Source: the human T2T-CHM13v2.0 reference genome, Homo sapiens. From it: a stretch of 64,000 nt of DNA. A program made the position numbers and the translations under genes. This document shows, piece after piece, positions 42,330 to 54,750 of this stretch. The stretch lies in the NCBI RefSeq assembly GCF_009914755.1, contig NC_060930.1. One strand, 5' to 3'. The notes below the pieces were generated by a model, which saw only the letters and a list, made by a program, of their open reading frames with translations, was not told where the DNA came from and searched no databases. How positions within the stretch are numbered: position 1 is the stretch's first letter; each line of letters opens with the position of its first letter.

Positions 42330-42980
42330 TAATTCTTTGGTGATCTCTTTCAGTCCTGTGGCTTTAACTACCAACTACATATTGTCAGCTGGCAGTTATT
42401 TGCCCAGCCAGACCTCTTTCTTGAAACACAGACCTATATGCAATTGTTCATGTCACATTTATACATGTATATCAGACATCTCAAATTAACATGGCCAATA
42501 AAATGGCCAATATCCATCATCAAACCTGCTCTCCCTGAAGTCATCTCCATCTCAGTTAGTAGCAACTCCATTCTTCCAAATTATAAAACCCAAATCTGTG
42601 GTTTTATCTTTGAATCATTTCTCTTACATCCTGAATTCAATTTTTCAGCAAATCCTACCGGCTTTGTCTTCAAAATATATCCAGAATCTGAAAACTTTTT
42701 ACATTTATTGCTGGCAGGCTAGTCTGTGTCTCTGTTATCCCTTGCCTGGATTATTCCTATAACCTCCCATTTAGATCCCTTGCTTTGCTCCTTATACCTT
42801 ATGATATTTTCTTACTCTACAGAACTCAGAATAATCCTTTTAGATATACGATTCTCTTTGCCTCAATCTCTTTAATGATTTTCCATGTCATTCAAAGTAA
42901 TATTCAAAAATCCTGCCATGGTCTAGAAGGTTCTACATTATCTATCTACAAACTCTGCCCCCAACAGTTCTTCTCTGTCC
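42330..42980 (+). mobile_element. L2a ORF2/3' region
   Basis: catctcaaattaacatgg...aaacctgctc...tcagcaaatcctaccggctttgtcttcaaaatatatccagaatc. Confidence 0.8.
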
Positions 42981-44193
42981 TGTGACTCTAATCATTGCTG
43001 GGTTCCAGACATGACAGAGTATAAGGAAGGAGAGGAGAAATAAATAGATCAGAATCACAGTTAAAGTGTTTAGATTCTGTGAGGTTTTCCCCTCAAGAAA
43101 AGGATTTGCCTGGCTCATTTGTTTTGACGGGGTAAGCTTGGTTGTGAAGAAAGCAACACAGCTTCCAGCCACAGCAACCATTCACACTTTGCCTCCTACC
43201 AGGACAAAGACTGGTTGCTTTCATCTTTTGCATTGCAGAATGCTAATGCCATAACTAACACATAGTAAGAAAATTTAAAAATGTTCATTAAGTGTTACAT
43301 TGCTAGAGAACACATAGTTCTTTTAATATTATCGGCAAATAGTTTGAAAAATATCACAAAAGGCATCTTTATCAATTAATGATATACCATACTTAATATT
43401 GGCTTTCATTACACTCATGCTATATACGAATGCTTTCACTAACAACTCAACATTCCCAGTGCTGTTAGTAGTTTAAGGTTTCTCTGCAATGCCAGGACAT
43501 TCGATGCCAAGATATGTGAGTAGTTTAGTGACTTCATTTCTAGGCTTCATGCCAAGAATTTCTGGATAGGAAACATTCTCAATATGTCCCTTATTTGTGC
43601 AGCACCTATACTTTATGTCTTTGAATTTATAAGTAGCTTATTGGTAAAAATTTCTAAGCCTGGGCATCTATACCTTAACAGATTTCCAAGAATTTATTAT
43701 TTCCCATACTCTATTGACTCAAAAGAGAATTCTTTCCTGCATGTTAAAAATATTATTTGTGTAAATAGCTACTCCTTTAATTTCTGTGACATGAAGTTAT
43801 GCAAGCTTTTGACTAGAAACTTCCCCTAAGGCAATTCAAATGTCAGATTGAGGAGCATATTAGGGAGTTTCAGCATGAAATATCATATCCAATGTGATCC
43901 AGCATCAAGTCATCTAAGAAGCAATAGTAATGGAATGGTATTTGAAAAGGTGGTGCAGTTGTGGAATAGCATAAACATCTATCATTTTATCAGAATATAA
44001 AAGTCTCTTTATAAATTTTAACCTCCAATCATCACTGAATGGTAATGGTCATTGGGGTACCTGCAATATCTTAACAGTTTCATAAAAATAGCCACAGTTT
44101 GAGAATGGTCTGTATGTAAAGATTTTATGATATATATTTAGGTCCTCAAGACTAACAAGAACATATGCTTTGTTTGTCTTTCTTATTTCTCTC

Positions 44194-44447
44194 TTTTTTT
44201 TTTTTTTGAGACGCAGTCTCGCTCTGTCGCCCAGGCTGGAGGGCAGTGGCGCGATCTCGGCTCACTGCAAACTCCGCCTCTCGGGTTTACGCCATTCTCC
44301 TGCCTCAGCCTCCCGCGTAGCTGTGACTACAGGCGCCCGCTACCACGCCCGGCTATTTTTTTTTGTATTTTTAGTACAGACGGAGTTTCACCGTGTTATC
44401 CAGCATGGTCTCAATCTCCTGACCTCGTGATCCGCCCGCCTCGGCCT
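44194..44447 (-). mobile_element. AluY, 5'-truncated, CpG-rich
   Basis: TSD tgtctttcttattt (44175-44188) / tgtttttcttattt (44447-44460); AluY-type acgccattctcc, ggcgcccg, gacctcgtgatccg. Confidence 0.93.
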
Positions 44448-46279
44448 GTTTTTCTTATTTTTCATGTGCTACTAATTTATTTTCTTCCAGGTAAAATAAA
44501 ATGAATGCAAGGAAGCTAAATGGATAATCTGACACTTTTCAAAAAGCCCTCAAAATGGCCATTTTTATCACAGCTTCCATCCGTACCATTCCTTGCATAT
44601 ATTATTTTCTCTGTTTCTAATACTTTTGCATCTTGTCCAGAGAATTTCTATGTGTTCAAGGATTAGCTCAGGTGACAATCATTCTCCTGCCTTCTCTGAG
44701 GAATCGCCCATTGCAGCCAGCACTAGAGAATCAATCTGCCTTTTCCTTTAAGTTTTCCAAACTTAAAGAATCTCTCATATTTTTGGGTAATATCCATCCA
44801 TACCTTTCCTATTTGACTGTGACCCTCTGGATGCCAGAGACTATATCTTATTTACTTCCAAATTCTCAATGCAAAGCAAATCAAATATTAAGCAATATTT
44901 GGGATTTGAAGGAGTGAAAGCAGCTAACATTGTAATGTCTTTAGATCAGTTACTTAAACAAAGCTTTTCTTTCTCCCACAGAATCTATCCTCTGCATTCC
45001 TGAATCTCAAGTAAAATATCATTGCGTCCTTAGCTGAAGTCAGAATGCCTCAGCCGATGAGCATGTCATGCTCACTGTGCATTTTCTGGCATCTGGACTG
45101 ATACTGTTGTCCAGAATTCTCTACATGTGGATTGTGAAGAGCATTTATAGCAGAAGCTGTCTTACCAACGTTAGTAACAAAGTACCTTTCCTCAAAGTGG
45201 AATCATCCTACCTGTTCTTACCTAGAGTTCCTCAAGCAAAATCTCATCCTCATTGAGACATGCAGAAAACATAAAGGAATCATAAGCAGCCCCTTTCCCA
45301 CCTATTATTTTAAATGACAAAACTACCTTGAACCAACACTATTCAAATCACTGCTGTCCTCAAGTTAAGGCAACTCTTCAGGTGACCAAAGAAGCTTGAC
45401 CAACCACCATGCTCCCAGAACATACAGCCTCTAAAGCATTTCTTTTATAAGCATTTATCACAAAGGGCTAAAACACTGAAAGAATGGCACTGACTTGAAA
45501 AGGAGTGAAAATGAGTCTAACAGGTACAGATGCTAATTTCACTAACCTCAAGAGCATTACATAATTTCAACAAATAAACATGCATAGTAACATGATTCCT
45601 TGATTTGGTATCCCTGCTCCATCGGAATTATTTGTAGAGGCCACTAAAACAAGTATTTTGGCAATAGAAAGGAACAGTGGCAATGGCTTCAAAACGCCTA
45701 CAGCAGGAAGCAGAGAGGGGATCTCTGAGTCACGCTTCAAACTGTAGATTCGTTTTGTTGATGTGGCTCTTGCGTTATGTTATAATTCTATTAGATTTGC
45801 TGGGAAGGAGAATACTGAATTTGGGGATGGGTCTTCATATGCTGATACTTATCACCACTGACACTTGAGTGATTTAACACGTTGGAAATTAAGTCTGTGT
45901 TTCAAACCCTCTACACTGTGGAACTAAGTGTTCTCAGCTTGTTCTGTTTTTGCCTTTGGACCATTTCATTTTGAAGACACACTTGAAGATGATAGCATTA
46001 ATTTAGCTAACAATATTCATTTTGTTTTCATTAGTTGTTTTTGTAGTTTCATATTTTGATGCATGATCTGATAAATGCATAATACCCAGAGGGTGCCTCT
46101 GTTTGTATTAATAACAGGAACTCATCCACACCTCATCAATGATAGAACAGTTTAGCTTCCCTGTTAAAGGAGCATGAATCAGAGATGTTCATGAGAAAAG
46201 GAATATTTGTAATGCAGAAGGAAACTACTGGGAGAGTGGGGATGAAGTGAGCAGGGGGGACAAGTAAACTCTGAAGTGC

Positions 46280-46790
46280 AAGGCATTGCTTGGGGTTAAT
46301 AGCTGTGTATTCTCTAAACACCTCAGTGACTTGGGCAAGTTACTAAAGCCCTCTAAATCTCAGTATTACTATCTTGAAAGTGAGTGAGAGTCAGTTTTAT
46401 CATTAAAAAATTATTCTATAATTGTATACTTATATACATTGAAATTATAATTTTATAAGCTAATTTGTTGAGCAATGATGATCCTTGTGATTCCTTAACA
46501 GAAAATTGTATAAGCAAGGATTATGTAACACAGGCAATTTTTGGAGTCATTAAGTAATAATAATAACTACCATTTATTGGATGATTATGGTGGGAATTAT
46601 GTTTTCCAAATGCATGTTATATGATTAAATTATCACCACCATGGTCTTAGATGGGTATTTCATCCCTGCTTTAAAAATTAATATTTTTATTTTCAAATGG
46701 TTTCACGTAACCTTTCACACAACTATTAAATGGCAGAACCAAAAATCAAATCCAGGACTCTCAGACTTTCCAACACATGCATTTATCTAC
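46280..46790. mobile_element. two MIR fragments (plus ~46280-46400, minus ~46555-46790)
   Basis: gtgacttgggcaagttactaa; aataactaccatttattgg...aaatggcagaaccaaaaatcaaatccagg. Confidence 0.6.
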
Positions 46791-48317
46791 GTGACCTCTA
46801 AGTTAAATTCCAAAGCAGTTGTATTTATAAAGTTTCATCTTTCAAGTGCACACTGCAATCACGTTTACCTCTATGCAACAAAAGTGACACACCGTTTTGT
46901 TGTCAGCATGAATGTTTATGATATAAAGATTCCCTGCTATCCTACTCTATACAACTGATAAAGCAAGTCAAAAAACATGTAGCTTTACAAATAAAGGCTT
47001 TGGGCAATATTCTAAGAATGAAAGAATAAGTATTTGAATTCATTTTGCCAGTAATTTATGAGTGGGCTTAGAATGCCTGTATGCAGAAAAAATTATTTAT
47101 ACTTCTGTTATTATCTTTAGCATATTAAATGAAATCATCTTTACCTGTTTGCTTTCCTTATTAGATTTGATATTTCTGAAAATAAGGAAGCCTTACTTAT
47201 CTTTAAATTCCCAGTATATAACACAATGTTATATAAAGAATATACAATAAACATTGACTATATATAACTTAATTAATAAGCATTTTCCCAAATCTAATTT
47301 ATTCTGAAAATTTACCTCAGTATCTCTTCTTTTGTGGGTCTCTGAAAGACAAAAGTTAAAAAGTAGATATTTAATTTTGTTCAAGTGGGAAGGGAAAAGC
47401 CGAGACAGAAAAACAAACTGAATATTGAAAGTGTGGTTAAGCATCCACACTAAGGAGGAAAGAGTGCTATCAGCATATACTAGATTCAACCAATAAGACA
47501 GGTAGCCTGGAAAATACTTCTAAAAATGCGTATATTCTTTATCTGATATAATTTGTAGGAGAAAAATTCTAATAGTATTTTCTAACAGTGACTTATATTG
47601 GCTTCAAGTACTTTACCCAACTATACCAAAGGGGAACGTGAAAAGTTAATATTTTAGACATTCTTAAGATCCAGATGACCCATGGAGAACTGAGCCAAGC
47701 AGCAGCTAAAGGAATTTGGTGCTAGAAGACAGAATCAAGTAATTTGGTCTTAAATTTTGGCATGAAATCATAAAGATGTGAAAAGACACTAGCATTAAGA
47801 GCTCTGTGGCCTAAGTAGCATCTTTTCCCTTGGTGGTCCTCAGGGGCAGGTAGAGCATCTTGCTCGCATTCTCCTTATCCTCCTTACTTATCAGAAGCCT
47901 AAATAATATCCCAATGTAGTCATTCGTATGGAAAAGAAATCTGTAATTACCCCAGGATAGACGTCTCATATATTTAGAGAATATATCCACGTCAGTGGCC
48001 ATGAGTCATACCAAATCAATGGTCATCACTTTTTAACCATGCTCTTAAAATGATGTACAAAAATAGCCACTTTACTTAAATCCCCATTGAGTCCTTTTGT
48101 TGTCTTTGAATGCTGATTCAGACGGATTATTTAGGGTTTAAAATCTTCAATGCCTTATCTCCTAGTCTTTCTCTTATTGTTTTGAATGGAATAAAAAGGA
48201 AATCTGCGTCATATTGCCAGGGACTCATATTAACATGAACCATCTTCTTTTCTATATAAATGTTTCTTTTATTAAAAAGGAGAATAAAATCACACTCTTT
48301 TCTGCACAATGGGAATT

Positions 48318-48382
48318 TTGGGTTGGTGCAAAATTGATTGCAGTTTTGCCATTTAATGGCAATCAATCTTGCACCAACATAA
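48318..48382. mobile_element. Made1 MITE, internally deleted
   Basis: ttgggttggtgcaaaa...ttgcaccaacataa followed by ta. Confidence 0.88.
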
Positions 48383-48544
48383 TAATACTCAATAGTGATT
48401 TTTGCATGCAATAATTTCATTTTAAGTGGTAGTGAAATCATTAGCTAAAGTGACTGTCCTTGTATTCCTTCTGTTTTCACTGTGTCATGAAATAGGCTGT
48501 GTACTTGATGGTGTCTGAGCTTGTGAAAATCAATGAACAAAACT

Positions 48545-49004
48545 TTTGTGGTTTCCCTTCAGTTTCTCCCTGCCCCAGATCCTTTCTCCACCCTCTGATG
48601 CCTTTCTCTGTGCTCCACATTGACCCGTGTTCACGGCACCGGCCAGGCCCACTTCTGGCTATTTCCTATGGGTCCAGCCCATGGGAGGCTCTGGCATGAG
48701 ATTGGATAAAGCAGGGGAGCAATAGGCTGGGGAATTATTCCCCTCTCCGTCCCTGCTGTGGGGCAGTGCTGCTCCACAACCAGAGCTTCTGCTTCACAGC
48801 TCCTTTGCACCAATCAGTTCTCAGATTCTAGGACCACCATTTTCCCCTGCTCCCCTTTGGGCTAGTGGGTAGTATCAGCAATGTACTATTGCTCCTTTCT
48901 GAGTATCCTAATATCCTTTCTGTTTCCTCAGCCCATAAGTAATTCCTTCATTAAACTCTCTTCATTGGTATGGATTCTGTTTCTCACTAGGCCTCACGGA
49001 TACA
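48545..49004 (+). mobile_element. LTR33-like ERVL LTR
   Basis: ccagatcctttctccaccc...catgggaggctctggcatgagattgg...ttcattaaactctcttca...gataca. Confidence 0.65.
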
Positions 49005-49299
49005 ATTGTGAACTTGATAGTAGAGCAACTTAAACCTTTCCATTCCAATCCCTTAACTCTGTTGAAGTGTCTACAAAAACATAACCTTTCTTCTCTTGGT
49101 ATAATTGAGGCTGGAATGAAACAGTTCAACAATAATGTTGGGTTTCTGTAGCCAGAAGGGATGTTTAACCCTGGTAATCAGGAAGCATGGTAGTGTTCAC
49201 AAATTCTGTACACTGAAGAACCACTTCCCTTGGGACCCACTCTGGAGCCACCCTTCTTGCCAAAAGGAATGCGGTATCATACCTTTTCTTATTTCAGGG

Positions 49300-49552
49300 A
49301 AAGCAGAGACTAGATACAGCAGTACTCACACAGCTCTTAGCCATATGGGCATTTGAGGCAAAATTAAAAGACAGTAACGCTGATCCCATCTTGATTTAAA
49401 TTTTTTATATTTTTTAAACTGAGGATTTTTTGCATTAATTTTAATTGTAAGTATATTATGTTAAAATTGATTTGTCTTGATTACCGAGATTTGGATGTCC
49501 CCTTCCTTTTGTACCCAAGGTGTCTCACTATCCTCCCCCTAGTCAAGTTCCT
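49300..49552. mobile_element. MER96B-like hAT-Tip100 fragment
   Basis: ttttttgcattaattttaatt...tcttgattaccgag...tgtacccaaggtgtctcact...ccctagtc. Confidence 0.55.
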
Positions 49553-49599
49553 CTTAGAGGGAGACAGAACATTTAAACCTCTCTCAAATTGAAAGGGAG

Positions 49600-50160
49600 C
49601 CACAGCTAGGTTATGGTGAGTGATTAAAGATGTGAGCTTGGAATTTAGACAGGCCTAACTCTGAATATTAATCCCACCACTTACTGGCTGTTGCCTTGGG
49701 CAAGGTTCTTAAGGTCTGTCTCTAAGCCTCCGCTTCCTCCATTGCAAGATGAAGATAATAATGTAGGTAAACAAATGTAATCTGCATTGCAATGTCCAAA
49801 ATGTTCTTAGAGCCAAAAGACTTTTGGCACAAAAGCATTTGGCACGTTTGGCATACGTTTGACACAAAAGCATCTGGTAGCAGATCCTGACTGAACTAAG
49901 ATAAGTCAATTCATAGCCTTTATTTATTCCTCTTATAAAGTGATTATTTATGGGGTGCTGCCTCAGACCCCCCTGGAGGTGGTACAAATTAAATATATGG
50001 TACATGCACTACACAGCTTGACTGAAATCTGAAAGCTCTGAATTGAAAAATTCATATGACCCTGAGGGTTTGGGATAATTATTGTGAACCATTAATAGCT
50101 CTTCCCAGGGATTCAATGAGATGATGCGTGAGAGCCAGGGCACTTGGTGAATGGAAAATT
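49600..50160. mobile_element. MIR interrupted by a Tigger16-like DNA transposon (~49778-50092)
   Basis: MIR cctcc...tgcaagatgaagataataat resumes at cttcccagggatt; insert contains ggggtgctgcctcagacccc and tctgaaagctctgaatt. Confidence 0.55.
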
Positions 50161-51654
50161 GAGTCTTTCCCAGGACCCTGAAAATCTGAAAGCAGAGATT
50201 TGATTCTGGGACATCCAGGCCCTGACACTGCTTACTCCCCTGCTGAAGATGAGATGTTGCAGACCCTGAACTGGGTTCAAGAGGCAAATAGGTTGTTAGA
50301 CAATTCCATCTAGAAAATGATGGACACCCTGAATATCAAAGGGCAGTGCCATGTCAAGAAAGACCCTTTTGTGCACCTTGAATGGACAGAGCCTCTGGAA
50401 GCTGTGGGCTCCTGTTAGATTTTGGGGGCAGCCCAGGAAGCTATGCTGAGATTCGCAGCATCTGGTCTTCTCCTGTGTAGCTACCTCCCTTCTGATTAGG
50501 TTTGCATCCTTGGCTAATTAGATCAGGACCCTAATCTAACCTTGCAGTACGTGTGTGTGTGTGCTGGGTGAGGGGGGTCTCTTCCTGTCAATCTGTGACC
50601 CGGCTGAAGCACTGCAGTGCTCAATAAACATTGTCCATTAATGTCATTTTAATCATTATGAGTTGCTAACTGGCAACAGGCATTTTTCAGAATTGAAGCT
50701 TTCTTAGAAATCAGTTGACTTACAGTATCATCTTTGAGCAATTGCAGATGCAGAGACTAAAAATTTCACAGTAATCATGAATAAAGCTTGATTGAAGAAA
50801 GTGAAAATGTCATCCCAGTCTGGGGCGGGATATGAACTGTATCAGCAGAACATGAATGATGAAGAGATATCTAGACTGGACCATAACAGAGACAATTCCC
50901 TTAATGATACATGACTAAAGACTTTACCAATTTCCAGTAAGAGTTGGAAGTCCATCTCAAAGTCTACTTTATGTTCTTCAGAGTTCCTTGTTTTTAATTT
51001 TGCCTGAATAACTTGAGAGAATAGTATAGAGTTTTTATTCCACAGCATGGGTTTAGACATCTCATTTTTTAATTGTCTGTTCACTGTCTTCGGAAATAGT
51101 TTTAGATAATTAATCTGATCACAGCCTCCCTCTGTAATTTCAATCAGAACCTGGTGCCTAGAATGGGAAAGCAGACTGGAGCCACTCTTGACTGTAGCCT
51201 TGAATCTGGGGAAGCTACCATGGTAGGAGAGCCAATGGCTGAATATACCGGCATTGGGCTTGCTGATATTAATGAAGAGTGTGTATACCCCCATAGTTCC
51301 CTGACAAGATGGGCAAAGAAGAAAATCACTTGACTTCCTGTGTCTCAGTTTCCTCATTTATAAAGTCAGTAAGTTGCACTAGAATATATTTTTTTCAAAC
51401 TTTCCTTTTGCAAAAGTCTTCCCTCATATTACTTTTTAAACTAGAAATTCCAAAATATGACACAAAAATAGAGGCTTTCCGTGTGAAGTAAGAGTTGAGG
51501 TGCAGAGGTCCTGTTTTATTCCTATGTTGTCTGTCTTTAGAGAGCGCTTAAGACTCTGAAGGGTCTTATGAGAATCAATGAGCCAGATGGTTTCCAATAA
51601 TCCTTTCTGCCCTAGCATTCCCTAATTCCAAAAATCTATGATTCTAATGGCTGC

Positions 51655-51890
51655 ATTTTACTAGGTGTCTAATTTGTGCAAGGCTTAAATTAAGCATTTT
51701 GCACACAATATCTTATTTAAGCTTTAGAAAAACTTTACAAGATGGGGACTTTTTATCCTCTTATACAGATTAAGGAACTGAGACTCTAGAATTTAAATAA
51801 TTTTCCTAAGGTCACACAGCCAGTAAATGTGACTCTAGGATTCAAGCTCAGTTCCGCTGACCCCAAAGTCCATATGCTCACCAGTGTGTC
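51655..51890 (-). mobile_element. MIR
   Basis: acagattaaggaactgagactctagaatttaaataattttcctaaggtcacacagc. Confidence 0.75.
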
Positions 51891-51899
51891 TGTCAAAGG

Positions 51900-52360
51900 A
51901 TCCAGAGAGAAACACTAGCCTGCTGAAATAAATAGTCTGGCCTGAAACTAAGATTGAAAAGACTTGGGCTTCATACTGGTGTCTTTTCCACTCTATAGAA
52001 GAGCTTTCTCCTCTTCTCTCTTCTCCCCCCATCCTTCTTCTTCTCTTTTCTCCTTTCTTCTCCTCCCTCCAAACCACCTCTCTAGCACTCCAGAAATTTA
52101 TACAGGAAACAAGGCCACTGACAGCTGCCAAGTTTCACAACTTATACCCCCAGAATCCAGACAGAAAATTCCCAGAGCATTTCCTAGGGGCAGGTGCCCA
52201 TTACTGGACCATTCCGCCATGGCCTCATTCCAAGAGGCAGAGTAAGGGTATAATACAGCTTTTCCTGCTACAACTGGATAGAGAGAGGTGGAGAGGCACA
52301 ACTACCCTGAAGAAAATGTTAGAAGCTGGGTTTATTTCACAGAAAGATGCAACTGACTCA
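51900..52360 (-). mobile_element. old MLT1 (MLT1K/L-like) LTR
   Basis: aggccactgacagctgccaagtttcaca...gggcaggtgccca..ctggaccatt...tggcc...acagaaagatg. Confidence 0.4.
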
Positions 52361-52729
52361 TTAGAAAAAGATGCCTCTTATTTTTATTTTCTCATTAAAA
52401 ACTAATTATTGAGTACTTGTGTTTATCATGCTGCATGAAGACATAAAAATCTGGAAGTCTAAGAATGTGTTTTTTTCTAGGGATTTCCACTCACTACTTG
52501 GACAATGTTGAGAAAATTACTTCTCTCAGTAGTTCAGTTTGCTTGTAGGTTGGTAATGCTGCTTATTTGTTGGATTTGGGGGTTTTGATTTTTAGGTACA
52601 AAATAAAAGGATCATTTCAAAATAGTTCTCAATTGCTAACATTTTCTACCTTGGCAGATCTGTCCAGAAAATATTTCTAATGCCAAATATAAAATCAAGC
52701 ATTGGGGGAATCAAAACAGAAATGCTAAC

Positions 52730-52950
52730 AACACTAATAACTTTCACGTGTAGTTGCTTGAGGATTTACATTGGCCCTCTTTCTATGACTCTGCAGGACA
52801 GTTTGTGGTCCAGATGTCATTATGTCATTATTCTTTTATACAAGGAGGAAACACATCAAGAGGTTAAATAACTTATTCATAATCACACAAACGACACCAT
52901 GGGGCCTTGAACTGGGGTCTCCTGATTTAGAATCAATACACCCTGGACAT
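52730..52950 (-). mobile_element. MIR
   Basis: ttttatacaaggaggaaac...gaggttaaataactt...tcacaca. Confidence 0.55.
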
Positions 52951-53689
52951 TTGTAACAATTTCCCTGGTCATCAGAGACTCTTGATTTTAGTCATTGTCA
53001 TTTCGCTGTTGTTGGTTCCTAGCTCTAACTAAATGAATACACACTTGACGCTATGGAGGTCTGACAGCCATGTTCTTTAAAGCAATTCACTCAGCATTTT
53101 CAGGTGGTGTGATCAGTGGTAGCATCTACAGAAATGCAGCCTCCCTTGTGTTAGAGCAACAGCGTATAGCTACAGAACTTCTAGGGCTGGTCTGCCTGAA
53201 AGTCTATAAAGGGAAACTATGAACACCTTATTATATTATGCTCATTGTGGCTTATTGAGTTTTATAGACTTCGGAGCAGGGAAAAAATTAAAAGACCCAA
53301 GGTAGGCATTGCATCTTATTTGTAATTTGCTGTTTTCTCTTCTCCTAGTCACCTCTTTTAAACTAAACCAAAAACGTATATATCCTTCTAAACAAGGTTA
53401 CTTGGGCAGCATACCCAGTGAGATTGTACCTTGTATAATAAATTCTCTGCTCAAGATGGTCCTAATAGTGCAGTCGTTTCAGCTTCCAGGAGAGAAAAAT
53501 CAGCTTTCGGCATTTTTAAAATTTATTTTAAATCATTTCAGTGTTAATAACTACATACATACGTAAGTCAATTTTTGATCAGCATTTAGGTTGGATTACT
53601 AGGAAAGAATATCAGAACAATTAAATAATAGAATAAATATAACAATAGCTCACATGGATGTGGCCCTTTTACTTCTCCCTTTTTAAAGC

Positions 53690-54010
53690 TTTTGTCCCTA
53701 CCACTGAAAACTAAAATAACATTATGAAAAGAAATTATTGCCCCCTTAATCATTCAAACTAATGGCCCCTTGATCAGTTTTTGTCATTCTTGAACTCTAC
53801 ATAGCATCTGACTCTAGTGATGATCCCTTCTTAAAAAGCTTTCTGCCCTTGATTTTGGAGGGGTAAGGCTATTGCATTGTAGTTCTTTCACCTTTCCAAA
53901 ACTGCTGGTATCTTATTCACCTGCTGCTAGGGTTAATTTCCTTTTATCTCTATTCACCTCCTGCCTCAGACAGCAAATCCAGTTCACAGTTTCAAATATA
54001 ATCAATAGGG
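53690..54010 (+). mobile_element. L2 RT-region relic
   Basis: cattcttgaactctacatagcatctgactctagtgatgat resembles L2 LDLSAAFDTVDH coding sequence. Confidence 0.45.
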
Positions 54011-54559
54011 AAGACCTTAAATGCAAATAATTGCCAGTTTCTTAGCAGAAACAAATGAAATGGGGAAGAAGAGGGACAGGTGCTGACTAAGCCAACACTG
54101 ATTGTTACCCACTGGAAAGAGAATTCGTGTTTCCTGGGAAAGGGTCAGACTGACTTAGAGTTTATGAACTGTTCAAATTTCTATTCTTGTTTGTAAAGCT
54201 AATAAAAATCGCTTTGTGCTGTTGGATTTTGGAGAAGTTTCTTTAATCCTCTTTACATAAACCTTGCCTCTTTATTTCTCCTTTCCAAAAACAAGAATCT
54301 GTATCATCTGGATTTGATATCCATATTTATCAACACAGAAGTTATTGGATTTTGAATAATTTCTCTTCCTTTCAAGCCATGCTACATAGAAACAGACTGT
54401 GTACAAAGCAAAATCTAAGCAAAAAAGCTTGCAACAACTACCTTTTGTGAGAAATAATAAAGTGAACCAGTTCATGGTGGTTTCATTGATATCTTCCTCA
54501 AACCCTGAAAACTTGTATTGGCATAAAGATTCTCCATTTTATATAAACTGAAATTTCTA

Positions 54560-54750
54560 TGGTTACTTTGAATGAGAGAGTCCTGAGTCAAGTCTCAGGC
54601 TCAGACAGAGGTTCCACGACTTACTAGTTCAACCTCAATTTCTTTCTTTGTGAAACAGAATTAGTATAGATGCCTGCTAGGGTTCTTGGGAGGATTAAAG
54701 GTAATGATGTAAAATGCCTAGAAACATAGCACTCTTTCAATAAATACTAC
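54560..54750 (+). mobile_element. MIR
   Basis: cctcaatttctttctttgtgaaacag...agggttcttgggaggattaaa. Confidence 0.6.

Noticed and set aside
50842-51357. 171-aa minus-strand ORF
   Set aside because: Starts in a MIR core (MRKLRHRK is a typical MIR translation); no recognisable domain or gene context
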